A program made the translations under genes and the position numbers. From Ruditapes philippinarum (taxonomy: Eukaryota), in NCBI RefSeq assembly GCF_026571515.1, contig NW_026858977.1, forward strand, positions 186,001-250,000: a DNA stretch of 64,000 bases, read 5' to 3'. The notes beneath the pieces are model-generated. The model was not told where the DNA came from. It was given only the letters and a program-made list of their open reading frames with translations, and did no database searches. Of the stretch, positions 26,124 to 38,733 are shown in pieces (position 1 is the first letter of the stretch; each line of letters begins with the position of its first letter).

Positions 26124-26833
26124 AGGCCTCAACAGATGGTAGGATTTAGTTGTACAGCACTAATTAGAGATAAGATGTACAATTTTCAAAGCTATACAAC
26201 ACTTGCATTCAGACGGTAATTCTACACTGTAAGAATCATCTGAGGTTTCCCCTAAAAAGGATCCCTTTACATTGATCCTTTACATACTTTACTCACTAAA
26301 TACTTTTTCGCCATGAGTAATGATTGAAACACCTCCATTTAAAAAAATATTTATATATTTTTTTTTTAATGTGAAGCCTGACCGAGACTCAAACCTGGGA
26401 CCCTCGGAATACCGTACTGCGGCTCTACTGACTAAGCTATCTGGCCTCCTACAAACTACCTCCCCTCCCCTAATTAGAGAACAATTCAATACCGTGACAT
26501 AATCATTTTCGGAATAATTTGGGGTTCGAACATAACACAACTTTGGGTCTCCTGAAGAGTTTTATCCCATCTTACTACTGTGTTTACCTTTTAGTCCTAA
26601 TTGTTCTGGAATTTCATTCATTACACCCATTATCAGGAGATAATTTGCTTATCTGTTACTTGTCATTGTGGGAGGTCTGCAAAAATCTGTACGACAAGAT
26701 TTTCAAAATAGAACATGTCCTATCCTAAGGTTTCCGAAATCAAGAAATAGTAGCCTTCACACATTAAGATTTGTCTGTACATCTTAGTTTTAATTGATGT
26801 TGTACTTCAAAATCCTACCGTCTGTTGAGGCCT
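26124..26833. mobile_element. Kolobok-like MITE (TTAA TSD) containing a tRNA-derived segment
   Basis: TTAA|AGGCCTCAACAGA(T/C)GGTAGGATTT...AAATCCTACCGTCTGTTGAGGCCT|TTAA, with imperfect TIRs of about 60 bp. Internal minus-strand A/B-box sequence at ~26370-26447. Confidence 0.7.
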
Positions 26834-29800
26834 TTAAGACAGTATAGGGATTTTTGAAAGTTAATTTTCATTGACTAGTCAACCATGTGTGAGGAAGAAA
26901 AACACTTTAAATTTAAGTATTAATTTTATATTAGAAATTTAGAAACATATTTAACAAATAAACGAAATGAAATTAAGAACAGTTGAGTATTTAATTATAT
27001 ATGGAATGAACGAAGTAGAAATTCTAACAGTAGAAATTCTAAAAATATCAAACATGTTTGTTTTTTCATCTCAAATAAATGCATGCGCGTAAAATAGATT
27101 CCCCTTTCTATAACTTAACACAACCATACTGTTTCTTTGGATATCTTATCTAATTTCTTGAGAAAAAAGTTCATGTATCACTCTGTCATGTCCTAAATCT
27201 GTACCAGTGTTCGCTATGAATATGGGAGATAAATCGATCACGCTTGTTTGTTTGAAACTACGAGTTGCCTCCCTCTAATGGTCTCATTACAGCAAACGTG
27301 TAAAATTGATTACTTTTAGCAGTAGTAACTGATTTATATTTGTTTTATTTTTGTTTTCATACTTCTGTTAGCATAAAATCAAGATCTAACCAAGGGTTAG
27401 GACTATATCGGTTGTATTATATTGAGACCAAGAAAAATAACAGTAATAAATGAGTACACATAAATTTTATGCATTTATATATATAGTCTGATTTTATTGA
27501 CCTGTCAATTATGAATACATTATAGCACTCATTTAAATATTCGATCCCACTTCGGTTTTTTCCGTTTATTTTACGAGAATTAATATGGAGTATATCACTT
27601 ACGTTTAGAAAACTCTCACTAGATTAATGTAGGTTCTTGTAACATCCGCAATAGCACAGTCGGTTAACTGATTACCTAATGCATGAGGGGTCCGAGGTTC
27701 GATCCCTTTTTTGACATTCTTTTTAGACTTATTCTTTCTTTATTTTTAAGTATATTTTAATGAAAATGGTCAAGCGCTTGCAATTTGTCTACACGGATAT
27801 GAACCAACTAAGAAACACTGAATTGTCACATTTTATATTGTATAGTTACATTTATTGATTTTAATCGGAATGAATTTTCAGTATTAATTCTTAAACATTG
27901 TTATAATTATACAAATGTATAGTATTTACAAAAAGGTGCAAAACATATTAAAAACGGAACAACCATAACTTAAAAAACATGTTGAAAATAGTTATGAATA
28001 AAAAAAATACTGGACAGACTCTGTCTCGATCCTACAGTGGTTTACCCTATTGCACTATAACGGTCAGTGTAACTAATTCATAAAAACAAGATGAATTTAA
28101 TCACATCTTACTGCGCACATCTCACGGAATTTACCGAACATTTATCGAATTTAATATATTCTGTGCATTGACCGTATAATCAGTATGGAATTGACAGGTT
28201 AATAAAATCAAACAATAAATGTAATATAAAATATTCACGGTAGGTAAACAAACTGTGTTTCCCACATGAACGCCCAAATCGACTGACTATATATAAAAAT
28301 GTTGCAGGTTAGTTAGATTGAGCCCGTTCATGGATGGTAGTGGTAAACGCAAGCTACTGTCCACGCCCCCTAGCACCGGCTTAAGCATTTTTCAACATTG
28401 TATTAACATATGCTATTCACTGACAAGAAACAATATATCAAATATTCCTTGTAAGTATACAATTACATGTTATCACACAAAACACTTTAAACATGTGTGT
28501 ATGGTTTAAAACAAGTTAATCATTACTTTAAGTATTATTTTATATGAATATATATTAGACGTATGATGACAAAATTATTACGATTTTGGACAAACTGTTG
28601 CACATGGTAAGATCTCTTGAGTTCGGAAAATGAACGTAATAATAATAATAATAATAATAAAGTATCATACCATAATTACATAATAACAGAGTTATGAAGA
28701 TATTTATTTGATCTGCAAGATATGTTTATTTATATACTAATTGTAAAAAGATGTCAGAGAATAAGAGGAACGTATATTAGATGGTATTCTATTCCAAATA
28801 TTTGCACCAGTGTAGCAAAAATTCTTTTTACTTTACAAAGTAGTTTGGTGATTGTGAGTTTCTATCGTGATTAAGTTAGTGGCAATTATTGTGAGAAAAC
28901 AAAATGGTGTAAATACAACTGTTAGATTTTTTCTGGTGAAATGTAACTTGGTGGAATGTAACATGGTTTGTGTATACTCGTATATACTTTATCCACTTCT
29001 TTACAATCCCATGTACATTATAAATACTTTCCCAAATTTGCGTTTACAAGCCAGCACGGAGGAATGTCTCTGTTTACACTGTAAAAATAACTTCACCATT
29101 GTTATGACTCAACTTTGAAAATCAAAGTTTTTGTTAGCTATCATTGTGATAAAAAATATAAATGAATCCCTGCTAAATCATTCGGATGTCTATGTCAAAA
29201 AATAAATCATTATATTATATTGTAAAAGAAAATAGCAAGATTATAACGAAAATAGCTGCTTTAAAATTGACAAAAATATCAACAACTGCCAAAGTTTGTA
29301 GCAACATTGTAAACTACAATCTTAGTTAAATTTCGTGAACGAAGAAGTTGTATGATCCAAAGTAGTCTCAATATTTCGACTGCAAAACCGACCGACTTTA
29401 CAAACTAATTAATATTACACGTACAGACGCCGCGAAGGGCGATCATCGTCTATATACTAGTAATAAAAAGCCCTAATAGAGCGCACAATTTGTTGGGCTA
29501 GGTCCAAAGAGGCGTTATTTTTTTAATGACAAACATCTTTAGTAAAAGAACTCGTCCACACAAACTGAACTTTGTATTCTAATTTTTAATGAAATTGTTA
29601 TTGTAATATTATAGATGTTATAGTTGGTAAGTTGTTACGCACTAAATGTTTACGATGTTGCTAACAGTAAGGAACATACCTGTATCAAACATACATGTTG
29701 AAATTTAATTATGAAATTAAATTTCCATGATGTTGATCTTTTGAATAAATCATAACTACAGAGTATACCGATGCTTCTTATGTTAATAAAACTACAATTA

Positions 29801-29841
29801 ATATATTTATACTCCGAAAGAATTGATACAAACTCATGAAA

Positions 29842-30180
29842 TACGGTTTCCTTATCGTGCCATTTATATTGTCGTCCATCGCGTCTCGGGGTTGACACAC
29901 GACAATGCGTTTGTCATTGCGTGCTCGACAACCCGAAGCGACGTGCAACAATGTCAAACGATATATCGCACTGTCGCCTAAAAATGCCATGGTAAAAAGG
30001 CCGACATTTTAGAAATGTCGCTTCGTGTTGTCGAGTGTCGTTTCGTGTTGTCAAGTGTCGTTTCGCATTGTCGTGCTGTTGCGATGTCACTTCCTTGTCG
30101 CATTGTCACTTTGCATTGTCGTGTGTCGACCCTTAGACGAGACGTTAGGACATTATAAATGGCACGATAAGGACACCGTA
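29842..30180. mobile_element. IS3EU-type MITE
   Basis: TIR TACGGT(T/G)TCCTTATCGTGCCATTTATA at both ends. Flanks ATGAAA/CTGAAA (5 of 6 match, TSD). Internal TGTCG-rich repeats. Confidence 0.75.
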
Positions 30181-32521
30181 CTGAAATCACCCATGAGAAA
30201 CTCGCATTTATGTCATATATAGCCGTCACAAGAAAGATGCAGATGATAACTTATAAAATGCAAGAGATGCTCACATGTCAAGGGTAACCCTAGATTTAAA
30301 ACAACAACAACAAGAAACAAGACACAACAAACAAAAAAACAAAAAACGGGAAAAGAAAACAAGAAAAAACAACAAACAAACAAGGTCAACTTTGGTTCAA
30401 AATAGACATGTCAAAATGTCACATTTCCGTAAGTAAGAATTATTTACATCTTTAGAAAAGACGATGAATCACAATGGAATACTATACAGCTTTTCTCTCT
30501 CTCTGAATTTCGTGATTTTGAGCTCGCAACATTCGAATTCGAATCAGATACAGTAAATTTACCAACTGTGTATCTATTGTAACTTTAAACAAAACCATAA
30601 AACAATATTCAAAATTATAAAATGATTAACTTTAAATAAACGGACTTATTTGATTTGCTTTTTTCAACGTTAAGGTTTCGGAAAATTCTGGGTTTATATT
30701 TATACCAGGAATATTATATTTACCTATCTATGTCCCTGTGTGATCAATATTTATCTTCCCTTATAGGATTATATTTCTTGAATTTATGTTATCAATATAA
30801 TTATATTGATATACAAATGTACATTTTAAACCACTAGTATTTGATTTATATTTTTGTATATATATAAAGCATATAAAAAAACTACTGATTATTTCATAGT
30901 GGATTTATCGTTACACAACCCATTGAAGTTAATGGAATTTCTGCTTGTCAAATTTGGACACAACAATACTTAAATACCTCCACAAACGTTTGTGTATATG
31001 TATGAAACCAACTTTCCAACAATGGCGGTTTACCAGATGTAGATGTGTATGTACATGTATAGTACATGTTAATATATTAAATGTATAATGTCTCAAATCA
31101 TCTAAAACTTGGCAGTATTAAACCATATCATATTCCTGACAAAAATACATAAAACATCAAAAGTTTACAATCTTTTTTAAATAATATTGACGATGTAAGA
31201 TAAATTTTGTTTCAATTATTTGGAACAACAACAACAAAAATGTTTTCATCAACTTAGGAGTAGATTTACCTATTTCATCTTTATTTAACTGTAGAAGTGG
31301 TAAGAAAGAACTATAGTTTTTCAAAAGCAAAGACAAGAATTTTCGAAAAAAATGTAATGGTTAATTGAAATATGTGAAACTGGTAGCTCTGTTGTGATGA
31401 ACTCGAAATCGCGCTTGTTTACTTAGAATATTAATCTATTTTTTCCTCTTTTTTTTTTATTGACCTGAACTGTGTGCAATATTGATTGATAAAAAACGAT
31501 CGAACTATATATCAAGATCTGTGTGCATTAATAAAATTTGAATTTGGACATAGAATATTATAGATTCTAATTGAAAATTGAGATTAATAATTATGTTAAA
31601 CGGCAGAAGTATGACATAATTTGGTTCATATCTGACGTCATATGGCTCTAAGAATCTCTGAGTCTTGGTGTTGTTACATTTCCCTGGCCCTCCAGGATCA
31701 TTGATTCCAACGCTTTTAAGTGTTGAAAATTGAGTACCACTCAAGCCGGTGATAGGAAGCATGAGCCATGAGGGTTGTTGCACTTACTCATTATCCCTCA
31801 TGTACAGACTCAATCAAACCGAGTCTGCAATTTTCATATTTGTAATTCTATTGTGATTAATGCTTTTGAAGGATCACATTTTGTTCAGATTTTGGTTTTA
31901 CAAGAATTATTTTTATCAACCTATCTATTCAAAGGCAGGGACGCTTTATAATAGTTACTTTAGCTATCATTGAAGCATAAAAAGCCATGTCGCGCCTTTA
32001 TGTCACAAGTGAAGCACACTTAAAGCAATTTATTCAAGTGATAAATAAAAGAATAATATAATGCTGAACAATTTTATTGACATGTAAATATTAAGTACTG
32101 GAACAAGAGCATTGTTTTGTATATGGCAGTTATGGGAGCATAAGGTTCAGTGTGCCTGTGTCACAAGTTGTAGACTAATTTTCAATCGACCAGGTGAGGA
32201 ACAAATAGTTTAAATGCTCATACACAGGTTCTAAATTAAAATTTAGCAAAAATATTGGAAGTTATAAACGAAACTTAACATGCCGAATATATGAACTGTC
32301 TTTCTGTTTGCTTACTTGGTCAAGTAAAAAAATATTTTCCAAAAACTGTAGATTTAATAACGAAAGTTTAAGAATTTACATTAATTTAAATAGACAGATT
32401 TGAAAAGAATTCCAATCGTTTAGTAAAGACCACCTGGACAAGGCACACTGAGAATATTGCTTGATTAAAAAACAACAAAAATTAAACAAAAAACAACAAC
32501 AATAAACAAGAGAACTGACGT

Positions 32522-33589
32522 TTAACCAGATGTATGAATCACACAGGGAAATGCCGCTAAACATCCAGATTTAACCCTTTTCTTAATAAAACATGCATGC
32601 CCTTCATTATTATCACAATTTCTCTTTTTAAACATCTTATATGTATATAACTGATGACACTGGATTATCATGTGCGGCATTAGTGTCTCAGCACTTTGAC
32701 AGGAAATAGTTTTAATAAGTTCCGGAAGTAGCGTATCGTTTCTAGAATATTCGTACTCCCAAGGACATATTGACCTGCTACGTAAACTGCTTGAACATTC
32801 TTCGTTCCTTTTACTTCTTAAAGTGCTTTCTGACTCTTCAGATGTTTGTTTATCCAAAATACTGCTGTTCTTTAATTGAGATCTGCTGATTGGTTCAAAT
32901 TTGTCTTGAAAGGCCATTAATAATAATGATTTTATTACGTTTCTTCGTTGTATTTGAGAATCCTTTAACAATTTAATATTTGAAGTTTCATTAAAACTAG
33001 TCGTCACATGATCTTTCCTTCGTCCCCCCGCTAGGGGTTTAAAATTTAATGTTTTTTCTATGGGTGGGTTTTAAATTCCAACAAAAAGTTTTCTGCTATA
33101 AAAAATCGGGCAAAAGACGAACAAATGTAACATTTTGTTTTGTTTTTTCCCCTAAAAGAATAAAATTTAAAAACAATTTTAAAAATACAAAAAAAATTCT
33201 CAAAAAATTTTTTTCTATTTTCTTTTTTTTTTTCCCGTTCATGTGCGTTTTTAACTTGTCTTCCATTCTTAGTTTGTTTTAAATAACATTTAGTTTTAAA
33301 ACATAAACATATGTAGTTATATTATGAAAAGAAAGAATTTAACCGTATTATTATAAAGGTCTGAATGACCTTTCCAAATAGATAATATATTAAAATGTAT
33401 ACATATACCGTATGGTTTCACGAAAAGCAAGGATTATTAAGCAAGTAAAATTTAATGCTAGAACCTTTGATATAAAAACATGATAATAATGGAAATAAAA
33501 AAGAATCTATATAAAAAAATAATATTAAAAATGAATAAATAAATAAATAAATAAATAATAAAAGTTACTATTAAATGCCTATATACCAT
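32522..33589 (-). CDS. Interleukin-17-like cystine-knot cytokine
   Basis: Main exon 33030-32522 encodes C-x4-LRSRSICPWEY...LPELIKTISC...C..LY......C...VKSGC. Putative ATG-only exon (AAAATG|GTATAT at 33589-33587). Signal exon 33464-33409 (VLALNFTCLIILAFRETIR). One extra G in a G6 run at the start of the main exon breaks the frame (assembly error or mutation). Confidence 0.72.
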
Positions 33590-34289
33590 TTTGCAATTGA
33601 CTGATTGTGCTTTGGCATCAATTAAAAAATAAGTGGATATTTATATGCATTGTGCCTCTGTATTGTGCAATGTAAGTTTAAAATACTTTCCTGGAGACAT
33701 TGGGGATTTTATACCACAAATACCAATGACCAGTTCCGAATTTTTGATCTCCAATGAAACAACGACTTTTGTAGCTACTGATAGACAAGTGCTCGACCAC
33801 TGAGCACATTTGATACAACCTTTGTACGTAGGGTCATTCCGATTGCAAACTTCACACTTATTGGACGCTTGCTTTCTGATTTTCGTCCTGTTTGATTTGT
33901 CCGTTATCGAAGATGATGCTCGTGTTCAAGTACTGATACCAGGGTTGACACTCGTCTGGTAAGATAGTCAGAGTGGAACGAGAGAGAATTGTTTATAACA
34001 GAGATAATAACATTAAAGAAGATTTTCTTAATCTTAAAGCACTTCAAACATATCTAGTATGATTTGAAAATAATCTGTACGGGGATATGTCCAATAGATA
34101 TATATGCTTTGTTAATACAATTGGTTTAACTAACTCGTGTAGCAAACATCCCTGTTGCATTACTTCCCCGCTTTCAGTTTGTTGAATTTATAGAAACAGT
34201 TGAATGCTACACTTAGAGTAATTAAAACCAATTACAAATAATGTTGTTTGTTTTGTAAAACACTTTAGGTATATGGTTTAAACATATTT

Positions 34290-34447
34290 ATTTATGCTCG
34301 ATTGCGAAACAAATTCTTGCAACTTATATTAATTACTTTCTAGTCCGCTTCCTGGAAGCAACCAGTATTTGTGTCATATGAAGAAACATGGTCGTGACCC
34401 GAGTAGGGCTCGAACCCATAGTCTCTGGGTTGAGAGGCAAACACCTT
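34290..34447 (-). mobile_element. tRNA-derived SINE (relative at 53365-53500)
   Basis: A box TAGTGGTTAAGG, B box GGTTCGAGCCC, body ...CATATGACAC...CTGGTT(G)CTTCCAGGAAGCGGACT shared with the 53.4-kb copy. Confidence 0.65.
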
Positions 34448-35633
34448 AACCACTAGGTTATCGCTCAAGGTATCTGCTTCTCAACCTAATGATTATGGAT
34501 TCGAGTCCACTGGGTTCACAACCATATTTTGTTTATATGTACATGTGTATGGCAAAAATAATGATTTGTTCGATAATGTGGACTCGAGAATGTGTAATTA
34601 AAAAGTTTCAAATTTTCACAACCATTTATATGTATTTGACCCATATAATGATTTTTCCAATGATGTAGACTCTAAAGTGTGTAAAAAGTTTTAAGATTTC
34701 ACCACAATTAGGAACTTATAATATGTTTAAACTTAGAAACAACATACGGGTATTTGAAAACAAATCAAGCAGGCCTAGCATACTTCAGGCAACAGATGAT
34801 TTTCAATTAACTTTATTGAAATGAATTAAGAATGTGACGACGTCATCGAAATTGTTGTAGGTTTTTATCTGACGAAACAATAACTACGAAGATAGTCCCA
34901 ACAGCTTTTATTTAATGATACTTAAAAATAGATTACTTTAACTTCTTTGTTTTATCCTTAAGCAATGTTTGGCTTTGAAGTGTATAAGATAAAACAATTT
35001 ATTATGATTGGTAGACATTTAAACAACCATACCACAGCGATTAGCCTCGGTGTATCACATTGTCTTATCATAATAATAATTATTATACTAGCCGTATGTC
35101 AAATGTTTAACATCTATTACATCCGTGGTTTACGATTCAAAACCGACGGAAGTCATGGTTTCACGTGTTTTCTTAAAGTTCTTATATATTGTTTTCTTAA
35201 AGTTCTAATATTGTTTTCTTAAAGTTTTTATATTGCACCATTTTATTTTTAGGTAACCGTATAGAACAATGTGCAGAAATAAGTATTATTCTTTAATATT
35301 TTGAAAATTTAAGACAGAAACCTGAAAAGCTATTTATTTTATTGTTATTTAATAATAAGTTGATTATTTCTGAAATGTTTGTACACCTTTTTATCGAAAA
35401 CGGCATAATTTTTGCTTTATAATAATATATATACACGTTTTTGCATATAATCGACGGCCATAATGGACGCCATCTTGGATTCTGAAGCGTTGTGAAAGCA
35501 AAATTTTGTAAGATTTGGATTTTTGTAAAAGGAGAGACTATATATACTTGCTCTGGTGCAAGTCTTAGATTTGGACAAAATTTTGATCAAATGGCCCTTG
35601 GCTCTTAGGCTATTTGGAATTAAAACATTGATT

Positions 35634-35800
35634 ATTGAAAGTGTGACATTTTAGTAATACTGTAAGTGTGATATTTTAGTAATGTTGTGTGATATTTAAA
35701 TAATTTTGAAAGTGCGATATTTAAGTAATGTTGAAAGTGTGATATTTTAGTAATGTTGAAAGTGTGATATTTCAGTAATGTTGAAATCGTGATATTTTGT
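35634..35800 (+). repeat. ~25-bp minisatellite
   Basis: TTGAAAGTGTGATATTTTAGTAATG, about 7 degenerate copies. Confidence 0.75.
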
Positions 35801-38733
35801 TTTTTCACAATGATGTATTGTATTGTACACCTGTGCTCTCAAAAAACACAGGTGTACACTCTCAGTTAATTAACGTTCTGTCTAATTGTAAATTATCTAA
35901 TTTTTCTAGTAGTATATTTGGTTTTATTACTATAAGTAATGTTTGAAATGTTCTGAAGCATGCATCAAAATAAAATCATTATCATCCTTGAAAACACCAG
36001 TGAAGAAAAAATTTGATATCTATATAAAAGAAAAAAATCTTATACCCAACCGATTAATTCGTACCAGTAAAATGACAATCGTTCAAAAATAGTGGAACCG
36101 GAACTTGATACAGATAAAACATAACTATGTCATGGAGATTTATATATGTATTAACTAGATCTTTTCTGAGAAAAAAATTCTTTGGAACATTATATAAGCC
36201 GTATGAAAACATTTAACATTATTTACGTTGTTTTAATTAGATAGTAAAGAAACGAAACCTACGTAAAGTTAACAAATACTTTAGGGCGGTGCTGGGGTGT
36301 CACAGTTAAGAAAAATGGTGTGTTTAACTCGGCTTCATTTGACGTGTTTCTACGATGGCCACCACATAGTATCCCGAGATAATTAAAAAATACACCCATG
36401 TCACCTTTGTGCCACCGTATGTTTCTCTAATGCAACACTTTAGTTTTGCTTTTATAATTTGCAAAAAGAAATCTATTTTATATAAAATCATGCATTTATA
36501 TAATTGAATGTATTTTATTTTTAAGGTAAATACTGTTATTGTATTAGTATTTTAAGAAAACTATTTTTAATTGTTTGAAATAACATAGTCATACATATTC
36601 GCGTCTTATATAAAATGTCTTAGGCTTTACTATACACAGCTATTACCATTTTAAGAAAAGTTATACATTTTTAAGAAAATTAAATCAGAAAGACTACCAA
36701 ATCATTAATAAAGCTAAATTTTAATAATCTTAAGTTTGCCGTAAATCACATAAAAATCTGTTAAAGTTTGGTATAGATCAAATGAATTCCTGTCAGATTT
36801 GCCTATCTGATTTACAGTCTAGTTATACACTTAACACAAACCTTTATGTTCTTATTTAATGTTTGAAGACATCATCAATTAAATAACAAATGTATAACAC
36901 ATTGGTTGTGACGAAATGGAGTGTTATTTTAGATATATTAATCTGTAGTGTTTAAGCATATTCACCTTGACTGTTCGTCAAACTTCATGTAATACTAAGT
37001 ACATACACTGAAGATGCAATTCGTTATTTCCAAATTAAAAAATAAATAAAAAAAAATAAAAAAATAATTTTATTAAAGTTTAATTAGGGAATATGCATTT
37101 GCACTCAAAATTTAGAATGAGAAATATGTTAATTTACAATTACATATCACAAATGTGTTGATTATATTTCTTTGATATACATGTATAACGTGAACAAATT
37201 TTTACCTGTTGAAAATGTTAATGAACAAACATCAATTACAATATGTAGAGCGTAAAATGTTTTTTTTAACTTTATTTAACATGTAAAGTAAAATGGCAAA
37301 CACAAACTATTAAAGGACATTTACATATCCTTAATTTTTGTCTAGACTTTGAGTGACCACTTATTGCGTTTGAGAAAGTATTCAGACTTGATATAATTAC
37401 CTTACAAGAAAAACGAAATTACCGTTATACTAGAATGCGTAAAATATACAAAAGTAATATAAATAATTTTCATGCCTTATGTACATAAATAAACGAAACT
37501 AAGTAAAATTAAGGATAGTTTTCTTAGAAATTGATGAATTTTTATCAGTCGCTGATTTTGCTAATCCGTAGGTACAAACAAACTTTTACAGTTACAGCTT
37601 CGAAAATAAGCGCAATAGGTTGACTGGTAATTCTGTTCTGTTCTGGTAGGGCTTCGTAAAGCTATAATGGTAAAATATTTTTGTACCTAGGGATTAGCTG
37701 GGGAAAACCCACATTTGCCTAGTTCCGGATAACATCTAGTTCAAGAGATTTCAAAGTACTAATTTGAGCAACTTATATAATGGAGTCCATTAAGGCTGCG
37801 AGGTTAAATTTGTTTCTTTTAAAGCCAAGACTAATCTAAAATGTTATATACCAGCAATTTGTTACATCTGGACAACAGAATGACCAAATGAAGATTTGCT
37901 TTGGTTTGAACATCTGATTCTACAATCTGTTGATTTTAATCAAAGTCACGTGATCACATTAGGTAAGATACACCTAATATAAATTCAAAATGATAAAAAT
38001 TGAAGATGGTAAATTGAATTCTTTAATAATCAATGCATGTATAAAAAGTTTCAAACTGGTGAAATATCAAACTGCTTTTCATTCTAGTTTTCAATTTAAG
38101 ACCGGGTATCCGATAAAAACAACTATTGCATTTTGTTAAAAGACGCCGCACTTTGTATATCTGAAATGAAATTTATATAAATATCGTATACAGTATCTAT
38201 ATATACATATAAGTGTATCTGCTAAATACCTTAAAACAGATATAACACAGATTTATTTGAAATACGGCATAATTCAGATAAACATAATGACAACATTAAC
38301 ATACTATATAGTATACTAGCCTATATATAGTATATACATGTACATAGCTTAGACGGAACAAGTTGGGCTTCTTGAATAGATAAAGGTAGTGACAAACACA
38401 TTATTTTCAGTAAATATAAGGTATTATTAAAGCTTTTGTCATGATAACATTGCTGAGAATAATCGGTGGGAAACATATAGCAAATAACTGTTTAATATAA
38501 CCAACAATACTACACAAATGTTATTTTTGACAAAAAAAGTTTATTAATATGCTGCAGTCGTATATATAGATAATGAATAATAAAGACGTTACGACTATCC
38601 AATGGAGGTCAATGTAACAAACGCTTAATACAATAAGTAAGTTTTAAAACTGTCTGAAGTCGCGCTGCTAATAATAGATATTTGAAAGCAATGATATATA
38701 AAATATACTTTCACTCTCGGAGTAACTCTCACC

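Noticed and set aside
33640-33930. Open minus-strand frame with CxxC...CxxC upstream of the IL-17-like gene
   Set aside because: No start or splice support and no recognisable domain. It overlaps the probable IL-17 promoter.
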